A stretch of 64,000 nt of DNA from the IMG/VR virus record IMGVR_UViG_3300045988_175628, one strand, 5' to 3'. Below are positions 1 to 10,538 of the stretch, in pieces (the first letter of the stretch is position 1; each line of letters starts with the position of its first letter). A model generated the notes under the pieces. That model did not search any database, had not been told where the DNA came from, and saw nothing but the letters and a program-made list of their open reading frames with translations. Position numbers and translations under genes: made by a program. This DNA comes from a virus.

Positions 1-385
1 CTATCTGTATAATAGCTTCCTGTGTTTCCTCAAATTTTTTATTTGTATATTTAATGAGAGGGGGATTGATTTGTAATTTAGGTCTAGAAACTATTCCAAA
101 ATCATTAGCAATAATATTTAAGGCTTTCCCGTAAGAACATTGAAATTTATACATTACAACCGAAATGAAATTACCTGAAAAATCACCACGGAAGTCCTTA
201 AATATAAGATCTCCTTTTTTGTTTCTATAAAAAGCACAAGTGGGTTTATTATCTTGTCTTAATGGAGATTTTAGGAGTCCCTTCTTCACTGGGACTCCTA
301 AATAATGCTCCATCAAAGTTTCTTCACTTACACTGTTAAGAATTAGTTCTTTAGTAACAGTAATCGGTCCTAATGTAAACTGCAT
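1..385 (-). CDS. hypothetical protein, truncated at window edge (start ATG at 383-385, continues below coordinate 1)
   Basis: Open minus-strand frame from ATG at 385 to window edge; no recognisable motif. Confidence 0.4.
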   Translation of the reverse strand, partial: MQFTLGPITVTKELILNSVSEETLMEHYLGVPVKKGLLKSPLRQDNKPTCAFYRNKKGDLIFKDFRGDFSGNFISVVMYKFQCSYGKALNIIANDFGIVSRPKLQINPPLIKYTNKKFEETQEAIIQI

Positions 386-396
386 TTATTTTCTAA

Positions 397-1089
397 TTAG
401 AACGGCAAATCATCTTCATCATCAATCGAACTAGAAGACGTATCGTCTAGTTCATCAATATCACGACGCATGCTATCAAGCTCAGAAGTAGTGTTTGCCA
501 TATTAGTAGGTTGAGCAGCACTTGCCTTATCAATTTGAGCTTTTTCATAAGCAGACAGAGTTAAATCCTGTCCAATGAATGAAGTACGCAGGAAAAGATC
601 TCCGTTCTTATTAATACCAGCAGGGAATCCAGGGAATCCACAGAAACGTCCATTAGGTAGAAGCTTAATTTGCACTTCTGTTCCAACTGCTGGATCAAGA
701 ATCTTCTTGACAAGCTTAATAAGAGTGTCAAAATCACTTGGTGCAAACTTAGCTGTTCCATCCTGAATTTTCTTATATACTGTAGGATTTAGAGCAGAAA
801 TAATTTGCATAAGTTTACACATAAACTGCTCTGACTGAGAAGGATCAGTAATTGCAGAATTAAAACGATTAGGCATACGTTCTGCTGATTTAGGCTCAAA
901 CATACGTTCATTATGAATAGCTCCTACTTCCCCTTCATCAATTCCCTCGAAAGAGAAATCAATTGTTGAATATTCACTAGTTCCTTTTTCAACACCAGTA
1001 AATCTTACATTGTGAATACCTGCACGCAAATAGCTCGCCGCAGGCACGACCTCAGCACGAGCCGCGCTGGTAGCATCATACATTCCCAT
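397..1089 (-). CDS. putative ssDNA-binding-like protein with SSB-type acidic C-terminal tail (…DDEDDLPF)
   Basis: 230-aa ORF, TAA stop; C-terminus ends in acidic run + LPF resembling the bacterial SSB 'DDDIPF' tip; sits next to a Sak4-like ATPase and DnaB. Confidence 0.4.
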   Translation of the reverse strand: MGMYDATSAARAEVVPAASYLRAGIHNVRFTGVEKGTSEYSTIDFSFEGIDEGEVGAIHNERMFEPKSAERMPNRFNSAITDPSQSEQFMCKLMQIISALNPTVYKKIQDGTAKFAPSDFDTLIKLVKKILDPAVGTEVQIKLLPNGRFCGFPGFPAGINKNGDLFLRTSFIGQDLTLSAYEKAQIDKASAAQPTNMANTTSELDSMRRDIDELDDTSSSSIDDEDDLPF

Positions 1090-1106
1090 ATTATTTATTT
1101 TTTTAT

Positions 1107-1601
1107 TTAAAAAGGTAAATTATCTAATTCTTCAAAATTTGTTATATCTAAATCAATAGTTTCTTCTTTTAGTTCTTCAGAAGCCAATTCAGGACTAGAA
1201 TCTTCAGTAACTGCAATTAGATTAAATACTTGCTCTCTGTTACTTTGTTCTAATTTGAATATAGTACCATATTGTAACAACATGGTTCTTTGCTTTCCTT
1301 TGAATGAGACTGTATTTGATTTAGTTAGCTTATTCCCTGCATCCTTATCTGCAAACATTTCTGATTTGCCAATAAGAGGAATAGTTACCTCATTAGATTT
1401 TTGAGAATAGGCAATTGAAATTCTATCTCCAGCAGATGCCTCAATCAAAGCAACTGCTTCAGGAGAAATAATTAATTTATTTTCTCCTACTTCAACTATA
1501 GGTTGGCCATTAGAATTAATCTTTGGAGATTTAATTTCTTCACATTTAAGATTAGTAATAGCCTTTGTTATTTCGTCGAAATTAAATGTTATTTTAAGCA
1601 T
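1107..1601 (-). CDS. hypothetical protein with SSB-tail-like C-terminus (…EELDNLPF)
   Basis: 164-aa ORF, TAA stop; second protein in a row ending in D-(D/N)-L-P-F. Confidence 0.35.
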   Translation of the reverse strand: MLKITFNFDEITKAITNLKCEEIKSPKINSNGQPIVEVGENKLIISPEAVALIEASAGDRISIAYSQKSNEVTIPLIGKSEMFADKDAGNKLTKSNTVSFKGKQRTMLLQYGTIFKLEQSNREQVFNLIAVTEDSSPELASEELKEETIDLDITNFEELDNLPF

Positions 1602-1606
1602 ATAAC

Positions 1607-2365
1607 TTATTTAGCCAGGGATGGATAAATTCTTTCCCAATGAGATACAAATGTACCATCTTCTTGATATTCAGCTACAATAACATCTTTATTTGCTAAA
1701 TGAGCTGGTCGAGCACCACACAGTACTTCTCCATTCATACCAAAATTGATACACAAATTTGATTCCTCATCACGATGAACAAACCCAATTGCATCAGATT
1801 TAGCAGATAAAACTCGTTTGGTTTTACCTACAAGATCTAAGTCTTTTACAGACCCATCAAGTCCTTCAGATAATGCAGTGTCCTTAACGTGACCACAAAT
1901 AATCAGATTAGGAGCAGCAGATGCAATCAAGTCAATTACAGCTTCTAAAGCCTGTCTCCAAAAAGAATATCCTGCACCATTAGGAACTTGAGTAACATCT
2001 TTCACCTCATATTTTGTAGTAAATTGAGGCGAATTTTGCCACATTTTAAGAGCCATGTCTTTGGTCATTTCTTCCAAGGCTGTAATTGTATCAATTGTAA
2101 TATAAGTATATGGTTTTCCTGCATCCTTAATAGCCTTAATAGTTTCTTTTAAATCTTTAAGATTATTAATTTTAACTTTAAGAGCATCTACATATGTAGA
2201 ACCATTTTCAAAATCTAAAATAAGATTATTTTCTAATGTACTAAGGATGGTGGTTTTTCCTACTTTAGGAAGCCCAAATAAAATTAAATTTTTAGGATCC
2301 TGAGTTTCAGCGGGAACCTTCGCTGTTGGCAATACAATAGACATATTATGATAAACTATATACAA
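1607..2365 (-). CDS. Sak4-like RecA-fold AAA ATPase (ssDNA annealing/recombination)
   Basis: Walker A 'GLPKVGKTT', about 250 aa, adjacent to SSB-like and DnaB genes as in phage recombination modules. Confidence 0.55.
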   Translation of the reverse strand: MYIVYHNMSIVLPTAKVPAETQDPKNLILFGLPKVGKTTILSTLENNLILDFENGSTYVDALKVKINNLKDLKETIKAIKDAGKPYTYITIDTITALEEMTKDMALKMWQNSPQFTTKYEVKDVTQVPNGAGYSFWRQALEAVIDLIASAAPNLIICGHVKDTALSEGLDGSVKDLDLVGKTKRVLSAKSDAIGFVHRDEESNLCINFGMNGEVLCGARPAHLANKDVIVAEYQEDGTFVSHWERIYPSLAK

Positions 2366-3440
2366 TGTTGTTTCTATCTTTTTCTACTGTATCTACTACA
2401 GCTGTATCTATACCTCTAATATTAGCATTGATATCTAGATATTTTGTGAAATCAGTGATATCTCTTCCTAAAGGAAGTTCTTTAAATCATCCGACCTCTC
2501 CATAAAATCCACATCCTATTACTCTATCTGCAATACCATATCTATTCTTAGATACGATAATACTTCTGAATCTTCCAGCTAAACTATGAGGTCCGAGAAT
2601 TTTATATTCTCTATATGTTGGAATTTTATCTCTAGCAGGATAATATAATTGAAGAACTACATCACTATCTTGAACAGGTCCTCCTGAATCTTTTACGTCA
2701 TTTAAACCTGGTTCATTAAGTTCCGCTTTTCTTCTGTCCATAGAGGAGGACTCTCTATTCTGTTGCATTAAAGCCATTCAAGAAAGATAAAACTTGCGTT
2801 TTAGTGTAACCATAAAAGATGAAGTAAGATCAATCTCTGCTTTTAGAGTTCTACCTTCTTCAGGCCTAATTAGTGACATGTGATCAATAACTCCAATTAC
2901 CTTCTGTTTAGGATGTTTTGGAACATAAACTTCTTTAGTTCCAACTTGTTCTACAGTCCCTAATTTTTTCATTAATTCGCATACTTCTTTATAAAGAATG
3001 CGAGCGTTAAGTCCCTTGTCAAGAATAATTAATCTAGAACCTAGAGTTGCTACCCAATCTCTTGCTTTTTTAAGATACTGATAATCAGAATCGCTAAGAA
3101 TAGAATCAAAAGAAAGAATATCATTTATAGTAAGATATACACCAAATTCTTCAGCACAATACAAAGCCATAAGTTTTGCCAAAAGTACCTCAGAACCGAT
3201 TTCCAAACTAAAATATACAAGATATATAGGCTCTTTTGGATAATCCTTAAAAAGTCGGTAAATAAAATACAAAACTAAAGCAGTTTTTCCTGCAGAAGAA
3301 GCTCCAGATATACAATAATATCTTGAGGGTTGTATTCCCCCAATAATTTTATCTAATTTTGGCAATCCTACTGATAAACCTTTATTTTCTCCTTTTCTAC
3401 CTTGCTCAATTAAATGCCAAAGTAAATTTAGATCCTCCAT
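2346..3440 (-). CDS. dnaB: DnaB-family replicative helicase (RecA-like C-terminal domain); read through two in-frame TGA
   Basis: Walker A 'GASSAGKTAL', C-terminal 'VSKNRYGIAD' DnaB motif; ORFs 2778..3440 and 2487..2777 are joined in frame by TGA at 2778-2780, and the frame continues past TGA 2487-2489 to TAA at 2346-2348. Confidence 0.75.
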
Positions 3441-4039
3441 TAAAAATCCTGATATACATCAAAAGAAGTACCAATGTCAGGACTAAATCCTTCAGCCTTC
3501 ATCTGTGCAAATTCATTCCACTTATGAGAAGCAACAAATTCAAGTATAGAAACTTTACAAAGTTTATTCTCACGTGCCCATCGCAAAATTTCCATAACTT
3601 CTTTATGCTTCTCTGGATTATGTCCTATTTGAGAAGAATAATAAAAATAAAACTCTTCTAAAGTATAAAATTTCTTAGCAATATTTCTAAGACTAGCCAT
3701 TTTTCCATTAATCTGAATGAATGGTTCATAGCTATCAAATAATTCCTTCCCAAGAACTCCTGATTGTTTATAATACTTTTTTAGAAAATTCTTATTAAAT
3801 TCAATCTCATTAGGTATATAAGACTCTGGATTATAATTTTTCTTGATTATGGACTTTTCTTTTAAACTTTCAAACATGGTTTTCAGCTTTTGTTTTCCTT
3901 CACAATCTGTCCACCATTTTAAGAAAAGCTCAGAATGACCCTCCTCATCCCGAGCATAGAGAGTTAATCATATTAGTAATAATTCATCTGCACTAATATG
4001 ATATTCAGCCATTATATTAAGTATTGTATTTAACTCCAT
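3440..4039 (-). CDS. hypothetical protein upstream of dnaB (function unknown; positional candidate for a helicase-associated factor)
   Basis: ORF 3440..3877 extends in frame through TGA to ATG at 4037-4039; TAATG overlap with dnaB start. Confidence 0.45.
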
Positions 4040-4104
4040 TTATATGATTTTGGAAGTTAAATTCAAACCTAAGTACCTACGGTCATTACGATACTTAGTA
4101 TTAT

Positions 4105-5325
4105 TTAAAATCTATAATTAGTGATTATATCATCTCGTTTTCTTGTGATTACTTCTTCTCCTTTTAAAACTAAATCAAGTTGGCTTTCAGTAATAGTAAT
4201 ATAAGAAATCCCCTGGTGTGCCTTATTAAATCATGCCTCTTCATTAGTTCCTTTAATTACTAAAGTGAAGACTTCAGTAATCTTGTTACTAACATAACGT
4301 AATCCTCTTCCAAGAATTTGTTTTGCATCAATACCAGAACTAGTTCCACTAATTCTAATTTCGCAATTTATATCTGGGCAATCTAACCCTGCGTTTGCAG
4401 CTTTAGAAGTATTAAGTACACCAGAAGACTGCGCTTTAAATAAAGCAATAGTTTCGGAATTTTCCTTTTTTTTCTTTTTACTATGAAGAGTATATCCCAC
4501 TTTCAGAGACTCTGCATCCTTAATTGTTGCTGAAAAAGTAATAATTTTCTTATCCTTTCTTGCTTCTATAATTTTTTTAGCAATTTCGAATTTTTTTGGG
4601 TGCGACATAACAAATTTTTTACGCTTTTGCATTAGTTGCATTCACGCCATAGCAGAACTTAAAACTTGCTTCTTGTTATATCCCATCTTATAAGCATAAT
4701 TATTACGGAACTTTCAATCTGTTGCACATTTCATTGCTGCATCGAAATCAAAATTAAAAAATGCAAAAACAGAATTAAATTTTTGATTCATTACATAGTA
4801 ATCCTCCATGTCATCAACATCCACAAGAACTTTATAATATCTGAATGGGGATAGCCATCCATTTTTTATTGCTTCTTCAGTTGTAATAACATCAATTACT
4901 TTAGTATATAAGGAAAGTAACTCTTCTCTTCCATCAAGCCTTTCTAAAGTAGCTGTTAATCCTAAAAAGAAATCATACTTGACCTGATCAAATATTTTTA
5001 TAGATTGCTCTGACACAGCAGTATGAAGTTCATCAATTATTAAAAAATCTACTTTTCAGGATTTTTTTAAAATAGAATTAATAACCTCAACAGTAACATT
5101 CCCAAAGAATTTAGTTTTAGCTACATCTCTTAACCATTGTTCTTTAAGAATTGTCGTGGGTACAGAAATTAGGATTTTAGCATCTGGTCTGACTTTTAGT
5201 AACTTTACACAAGCCATTAAGGCCCCAAATGATTTTCCAACACCAGTACTTCAAACCCAAATTCCGTTCCCTTTATTATTAATTCATTTTTGAACGCCTA
5301 ACCTTTGACGTTGAGTTTTATCCAT
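4105..5325 (-). CDS. SF2 (DEAD/DEAH-box) helicase with several in-frame TGA codons
   Basis: Motif I 'STGVGKS', motif II 'DELH', helicase C-terminal domain; single frame 5325→4105 containing TGA at 5041-area, 4714-4716, 4642-4644, 4231-4233; TAA stop at 4105-4107. Confidence 0.7.
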
Positions 5326-6263
5326 TAGTCACGTCAATAGTAATTGCACTCATCACATCTATAAGTTTTGCAATTTGCACATTTATCTGCTAAATTCTCA
5401 TAAAAAGCTTCATCAGAGTCTTGATAAGCATAAACATGTTCTGTTTCTCCAGGAGGCCAACTAAAATCAGAATACCTAGGATATGAACCAGAGAGATCAG
5501 CAGTGTGCTCATAAACTTTATCATTAAGTTTGATAATATCTAAAATAAAGTTTAAACAATTATTTAACTCAGTTAAGTTGCCGTACTCTTTATGAGTATG
5601 AGCGCAATAATATCCGCACGAAATATTAACCGCAGACAAATTAATGTTTTCTTTTAAAGTTCCTACATCTGTCATTGTACCTCGTGCCTCTTTGTACTTG
5701 TACTTTTCTAGAAGACTATCTATATCTTCCAGAAATTCATCTGAAGTAATATCTATACCATTAGTATGTGTAATTAAATCTTGACCTCCCATTCTATCAG
5801 CTTGCAGTAAAAATCTACAATTATCAAAGAAATCAATGTTTAAACCTGCAACTTCAGCTCCTATACAACCCATCTCTTCTTGGGTTGTAAAACAAACTTT
5901 TAAGTCTGGGAGACAATATAAACAGTGTAAACAAATATAGATGCCAAAACAGTCATCTAATCCAAGTCCACACTGTTTTCCTGTCTTTTTATAATAACCA
6001 TAAATTTTATTTCCTTTGATTTTTGCACATTTTACACCTGTATAGTGTAGAATTTCATCAAGATGTGCCACTAGACAAGGATACACTGTTGGGTTTGTAG
6101 TGTTTTTTGTGATAAAAAGATTATTTTCATCATCCATTTCAAACTTTATACCTTCTATTGTATAACAAAAGTTAAGTATATAAGTTATCATAGCTTGTTC
6201 CTGTCTAGAAGGATGTACTATTTCGCATAGAGCTTTTAATAGTGTTGTATTTACTTGTTCCAA
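5325..6263 (-). CDS. cysteine-rich hypothetical protein (possible Zn-binding)
   Basis: 309-aa ORF with many Cys/His clusters; ends …CNYY-TGA(W)-R-D-TAA overlapping helicase start (TAATG). Confidence 0.45.
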
Positions 6264-6288
6264 AATTACTAAAATAAATTTTTAGAAC

Positions 6289-6876
6289 CTAATCTAAATT
6301 CCAATTTTTATATTCTGCTACTCGTTCAATATCTTTCTTAATTTTCATCCATTTATTGATATGATAATCAAGATCATTATCTAAAAGAAGCAGAACTTTG
6401 TCTCTGAGAGTTTTAAGAGCAATTGTAGATAAAGAGGATATTCTGGGGAGATCGGAAAGCTGGATTAAGGCTCGGAATTCTGCAAAAGACAATCCTGTAG
6501 GACTTACACGCAGCCTAATATCAGGATTAAGACAAAGCCTTTCCTTAATAACTTCCATTCTATTTCTAATTTTACCTCCAGCCTCTAATTCTGTAAGTTC
6601 GCGTTTTTCTTCATCTGTGAGCCAGATTCCTTGTGCAATAATAAACTTATCTGTAATCATCTTTTTGTTGAGAACATCAAGTTTATCAAAACATACATCC
6701 ATTAATTTTCCTACTGTAACTTTCTCATAGATAGGAGGAAGTCCTGTAAATAAAACAGAAATACTATCTTCCACATCTACATTATTAACTTTTCTTTGTA
6801 CATTAATAAAATCAAGTAGATCTTTATTAGTTTTAATGTCAGTCTCACAATCATGCATTAGGTACCTTGCAAACAA
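6289..6876 (-). CDS. hypothetical protein
   Basis: 195-aa ORF, terminates with TAG (only TAG stop I noticed). Confidence 0.4.
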   Translation of the reverse strand: MFARYLMHDCETDIKTNKDLLDFINVQRKVNNVDVEDSISVLFTGLPPIYEKVTVGKLMDVCFDKLDVLNKKMITDKFIIAQGIWLTDEEKRELTELEAGGKIRNRMEVIKERLCLNPDIRLRVSPTGLSFAEFRALIQLSDLPRISSLSTIALKTLRDKVLLLLDNDLDYHINKWMKIKKDIERVAEYKNWNLD

Positions 6877-7425
6877 TTCAGCATTGCAAGAATCTCAACA
6901 CTTTTGGATGTTTTCACGAATTACTAATTTTCCAGGTTTATAAATATCCCTATTAGTTAGCATTTGCTCGCAATGACGATGATATCGTTTTAGTTCGTTC
7001 TGAGAAATATCCATCAAGCGGATATTCATTCCAGATTTATCCTTTCACACTAAACTATTGATATCATTGTCTTTAGCAGTTATAGCTTCTTTCAACTTAG
7101 CTCCAAATTCTGTACCCATATTTAATCAAACTTAAATTCTTTCATACTATTCATCTCTTTATGTTTAATGAAGTTTATAAAATAATTAGCATTAAATTTA
7201 TAAACTGCAAAATCTTGTATTTCTCTATCATATCACTGAGTTTTTCCTGCTTCCACACTTTCGAATTGTAAATATCCAATATCCCCGATTTTAAGAGTAT
7301 CCTTATAATCTCAATTGGGAAGCATTACAACAGTAACATATTTTAAATCGTCACAAGGATCTCGATTAAGATCCTCAAACACTAATTTAGAATATTGTCC
7401 AGTTTGAATAGCAACTAAACAACAT

Positions 7426-8181
7426 TTAATTGTAATCATTATAACAATATCTAGAAAGGTAATTAATACCAAGTAAATGAAACCTGGTATTATCTACAGT
7501 AGTATCCATAGTACTATGGTAATGCCCATAATACCAATCTTCTACCAATCCTTTTTTAGACATTTCTTCATAGCAAGTCTGGAGATAGTTTCTTTCTTCA
7601 AGTAGTTCTTCTAGTAAAGTATCATCCCCATCACAAAATTCCATTACTAATTTTCCTATTCCATAAGGATATGCGCAGGTCGGGGCACAATGAGATGCAA
7701 TAATTTGACAATATGGGATTTCTTCAAAATTAGTTAACTCAATAATCTTTTCATCTTCCCAATATCCCCATTTATTATCCTTTCTATAAATTCTATCTAC
7801 AGAAGTTCCTCCTCCGATACATAAAATATTTTTATCCTTAAATTGAACTACAGAATAATCCTCAACAGCTTTAAATCTTTTATTATAAATTCCCTTGAAG
7901 AATTCTGGATTGTCATGATTGCCTCTTATAGCTATAATATAGTTATTAGTTTTTTCACAAAGTTTATTTAAGAATGAAATTTTCATGTTTTCAAGATTAG
8001 GAGAAAATCCCAATCCTACATCCCCACACAAAACAATACAGGAGTTGGATATTTTTTGGGAAAATCCAACTCCTGTTTTTATGAAATATTTCAAATAATC
8101 TAAATTTCCATGAATATCACCACAAAAATAAAGATTTTCTATATTTTCAGGTAATTTAATCAACATCTCCTTTGTAAGCAT
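7426..8181 (-). CDS. calcineurin-like metallophosphoesterase
   Basis: 'GDIHGN', 'GNHD' metallophosphatase motifs; TAA stop. Confidence 0.7.
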   Translation of the reverse strand: MLTKEMLIKLPENIENLYFCGDIHGNLDYLKYFIKTGVGFSQKISNSCIVLCGDVGLGFSPNLENMKISFLNKLCEKTNNYIIAIRGNHDNPEFFKGIYNKRFKAVEDYSVVQFKDKNILCIGGGTSVDRIYRKDNKWGYWEDEKIIELTNFEEIPYCQIIASHCAPTCAYPYGIGKLVMEFCDGDDTLLEELLEERNYLQTCYEEMSKKGLVEDWYYGHYHSTMDTTVDNTRFHLLGINYLSRYCYNDYN

Positions 8182-8803
8182 TCATAATGGACTTCTCCTT
8201 ACGAAGCCAAGAACCTTCCTCCATTGCAATATCTAGAGCTGTACGAGAAATAGATTCTTCTTCAACTTGTTCTTGAACAAGTCTACCAGTTTCATCACTA
8301 TCTCCATTTAACCAATTAAAAGTAGCCCAATCTCCTTCATCAAAAGCTGCATCTACAATTTCATAGATAAGTTGAGTTGTTTCAATTTCCTTATCTACAG
8401 TTAATTTAAATGGGGTTACGTTATCCTCAAAAGTTTCACTAATTGCAGGAATATCAGGATAGATATACGCTGCATCATTTTCATTCATATATGTACGAAT
8501 CCACGAATGATGCAGATATTCTTCATCTGCACGTTCTTTATAATACTGTTCCAAAACAGCTAATCCTTGAACTCCATAAAAATTAGAAAAGCTCATATAA
8601 AGATTATGATTATATAGTTCGTGCTTTAATTGTCTTAATAAAAGCTTTTGAATATTTTCGGATAATGTACACTTTCTTCTCTTAATGTCTAGTTTTTCTG
8701 TTGATTCTTGTGCCTCAGTTTTTGTTTTCATTGTTTTTGCGTTCCTTGGTCATGAAACAGCGTAACTTCTTATTATACACTGTCATCTCTTCAATTTCCT
8801 CAT
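8156..8803 (-). CDS. ferritin-like iron-storage protein (extends 5' through TGA codons)
   Basis: Similarity to non-haem ferritin FtnA: '…DWATFNWLNG…EQVEEE' vs E. coli 'DYPTFNFLQWYVSEQHEEE'; frame continues upstream of 8731 through TGA 8750-8752 and 8783-8785 to ATG 8801-8803. Confidence 0.65.
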
Positions 8804-8878
8804 CGGTTTCGTAATCTTTAGCATACACTAAATAACAACCATTAGGAGTAATCTGCGTTATGCGGATTTCATATTTCA

Positions 8879-9244
8879 TTACCAGATATGTAATTTATAG
8901 AGATTTTCATGAAAATTTAAATTGAATTGTAATTCAAAACATCCAAATAAATAAGCATCAATCTCAAATTCATGGTCATTAACTTCAAATCTGAGATTGA
9001 AATCATCATCAGTAGTATAGTACTTTGTGATATCAGCCTCGTTAAAGAAGATTAAATTAACATCCTCTATAATTATTGGAATTTCTTCCAATTCTATAGT
9101 AACTTCATCTATGTATCCAGATAATGTGGAATATCTATTGAGATACTTCTCAATTTTTGGATCTAGCGATATATCACTGCCGTACTCATGATTAATACAT
9201 GGATACCAGTGATTTCCTATTTTTTTAATTTTAAAATGAGCCAT
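8879..9244 (-). CDS. hypothetical protein
   Basis: 121-aa ORF, TAA stop. Confidence 0.4.
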   Translation of the reverse strand: MAHFKIKKIGNHWYPCINHEYGSDISLDPKIEKYLNRYSTLSGYIDEVTIELEEIPIIIEDVNLIFFNEADITKYYTTDDDFNLRFEVNDHEFEIDAYLFGCFELQFNLNFHENLYKLHIW

Positions 9245-9674
9245 TATCTTCTGGTAAATCTAAGCAATCACTTGCATGAGTAGCAAACAAATCTGCTAAC
9301 TCATTAAATTTATTGTTATTATGTCCCTTTACTCATACAAAGGTAACCGTATGAAACTTTAATAATTCATAAATCGGATATCACAAATCAAGATTCTTTT
9401 TGGATTGATCATTGTCTTCAACCCACTTTGTAAGATGCTTGTTGTTAATACTCGATACTACATATTGAGAATCCGAATATATGGTTATTTGTTCAGGATT
9501 TACAAAATATCTGAGACATTCTAAAACCCCTAAAAGTTCCATACGGTTATTAGTAGTATTTTTATAACCCCTATAAAGTTTTTTTACAACTTTTCCATTT
9601 TGGGTTATGATTGCAGAGTATCCTCCACAGTTAATTGATGGTTTGTAACTACCGTCAGTTCAGCATTCAAACAT
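9231..9674 (-). CDS. rnhA: ribonuclease H (RNase HI family); three in-frame TGA codons, one at the conserved Trp of WVKGH
   Basis: Hand translation gives …ECWTDGSY…NNRMELLGVLECL…FVWVKGHNNNKFNELADLFA…; TGA at 9334-9336 encodes the W of 'WVKGH'; not in ORF list because it is split by TGA. Confidence 0.8.
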
Positions 9675-10021
9675 TCAAATACTTTATTAATTAAAAATCC
9701 CTGCAAATAACATAGAACTTCTTCATCAAGTCCTATCCCTCTAAATATACAAATTTTATGAGCTGCATGAAGACATTCATGTATAACGTTATAAGCAGAA
9801 TCTTTCACATCTGTATCATCATATAATGCAATGTATAGATACTCATCAACGTCTGATTCATCAGAATAAAAAGTTTCTGCAACTACGTTCGGAGCACTAT
9901 GTCCAAATACTCTATTATGAACATCTTGAAGATAATTCTCAACAGATTGCGGACTTCCAATCAAAATTGACACTTTAACGTCAAAAATAGGAACAACAAA
10001 TTCTCTAGCTTTCTGTATCAT
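9605..10021 (-). CDS. putative HExxH zinc-metallopeptidase-like protein
   Basis: 'HECLHAAH' HExxH motif; 138 aa. Confidence 0.35.
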   Translation of the reverse strand: MIQKAREFVVPIFDVKVSILIGSPQSVENYLQDVHNRVFGHSAPNVVAETFYSDESDVDEYLYIALYDDTDVKDSAYNVIHECLHAAHKICIFRGIGLDEEVLCYLQGFLINKVFECLNAELTVVTNHQLTVEDTLQS

Positions 10022-10171
10022 CCTTTACCTCCTCATACTCTGCAAATTCATAGATATAAGTTTTTCCCATAAAGGTGGAGTCACTATCTGTTAAAGCTTT
10101 TTCGAAGCATTCTTTGAATTTGTCTACATTTTTAGTAGAAACTTTACCATGAATTAAAACTTCGTATTCCA

Positions 10172-10537
10172 TTAGAATTTTTTAGGATTCATTGACCATA
10201 CTTCTTCTTCAATAGCTTGAGATACAGCTATTCGTACTTCACGAATATTATCTTTTGTAACCTCAGCTACTTTAAAAGGATGTTCAAGAGCTCTTTTGTA
10301 TGCTAACTCACGACCAACCTTTTTAATAAAACGATCTTTAGTTGAACATACTGCTACTCCAAAGGATAGTTTAGTACGATCCTCACTCAGTAGACTGCAA
10401 ATGGTGATTCTCGGCATAGGTTGGATTGAATGTTTATAAAACCCAACAACATCATCAAGATTAAAATCTTGAGTACCTACGACTAAGGCTTTTACAGTGC
10501 TTAATGGAAAACTGTAATAAAAACGTGCATTTTTCAT
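10172..10537 (-). CDS. hypothetical protein
   Basis: 121-aa ORF. Confidence 0.4.
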   Translation of the reverse strand: MKNARFYYSFPLSTVKALVVGTQDFNLDDVVGFYKHSIQPMPRITICSLLSEDRTKLSFGVAVCSTKDRFIKKVGRELAYKRALEHPFKVAEVTKDNIREVRIAVSQAIEEEVWSMNPKKF

Positions 10538-10538
10538 A

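Noticed and set aside
575-766. Plus-strand ORFs nested inside minus-strand genes (e.g. 575..766, 3359..3661, 6398..6730, 11203..11574, 25087..25413, 31401..31721, 48469..48777, 53643..54137)
   Set aside because: They lie entirely antisense to long, motif-bearing minus-strand genes in a genome with extreme minus-strand coding bias. Their sequences are low-complexity translations of AT-rich antisense. Treated as spurious.
2487-5016. Treating six-frame ORF fragments (2487..2777 / 2778..3440; 4231..4641 / 4714..5016; 39121..39522) as separate genes or pseudogenes
   Set aside because: Fragments are separated only by single in-frame TGA codons. The joined translations give intact DnaB, SF2-helicase and LicD domain orders, so TGA is read as sense.
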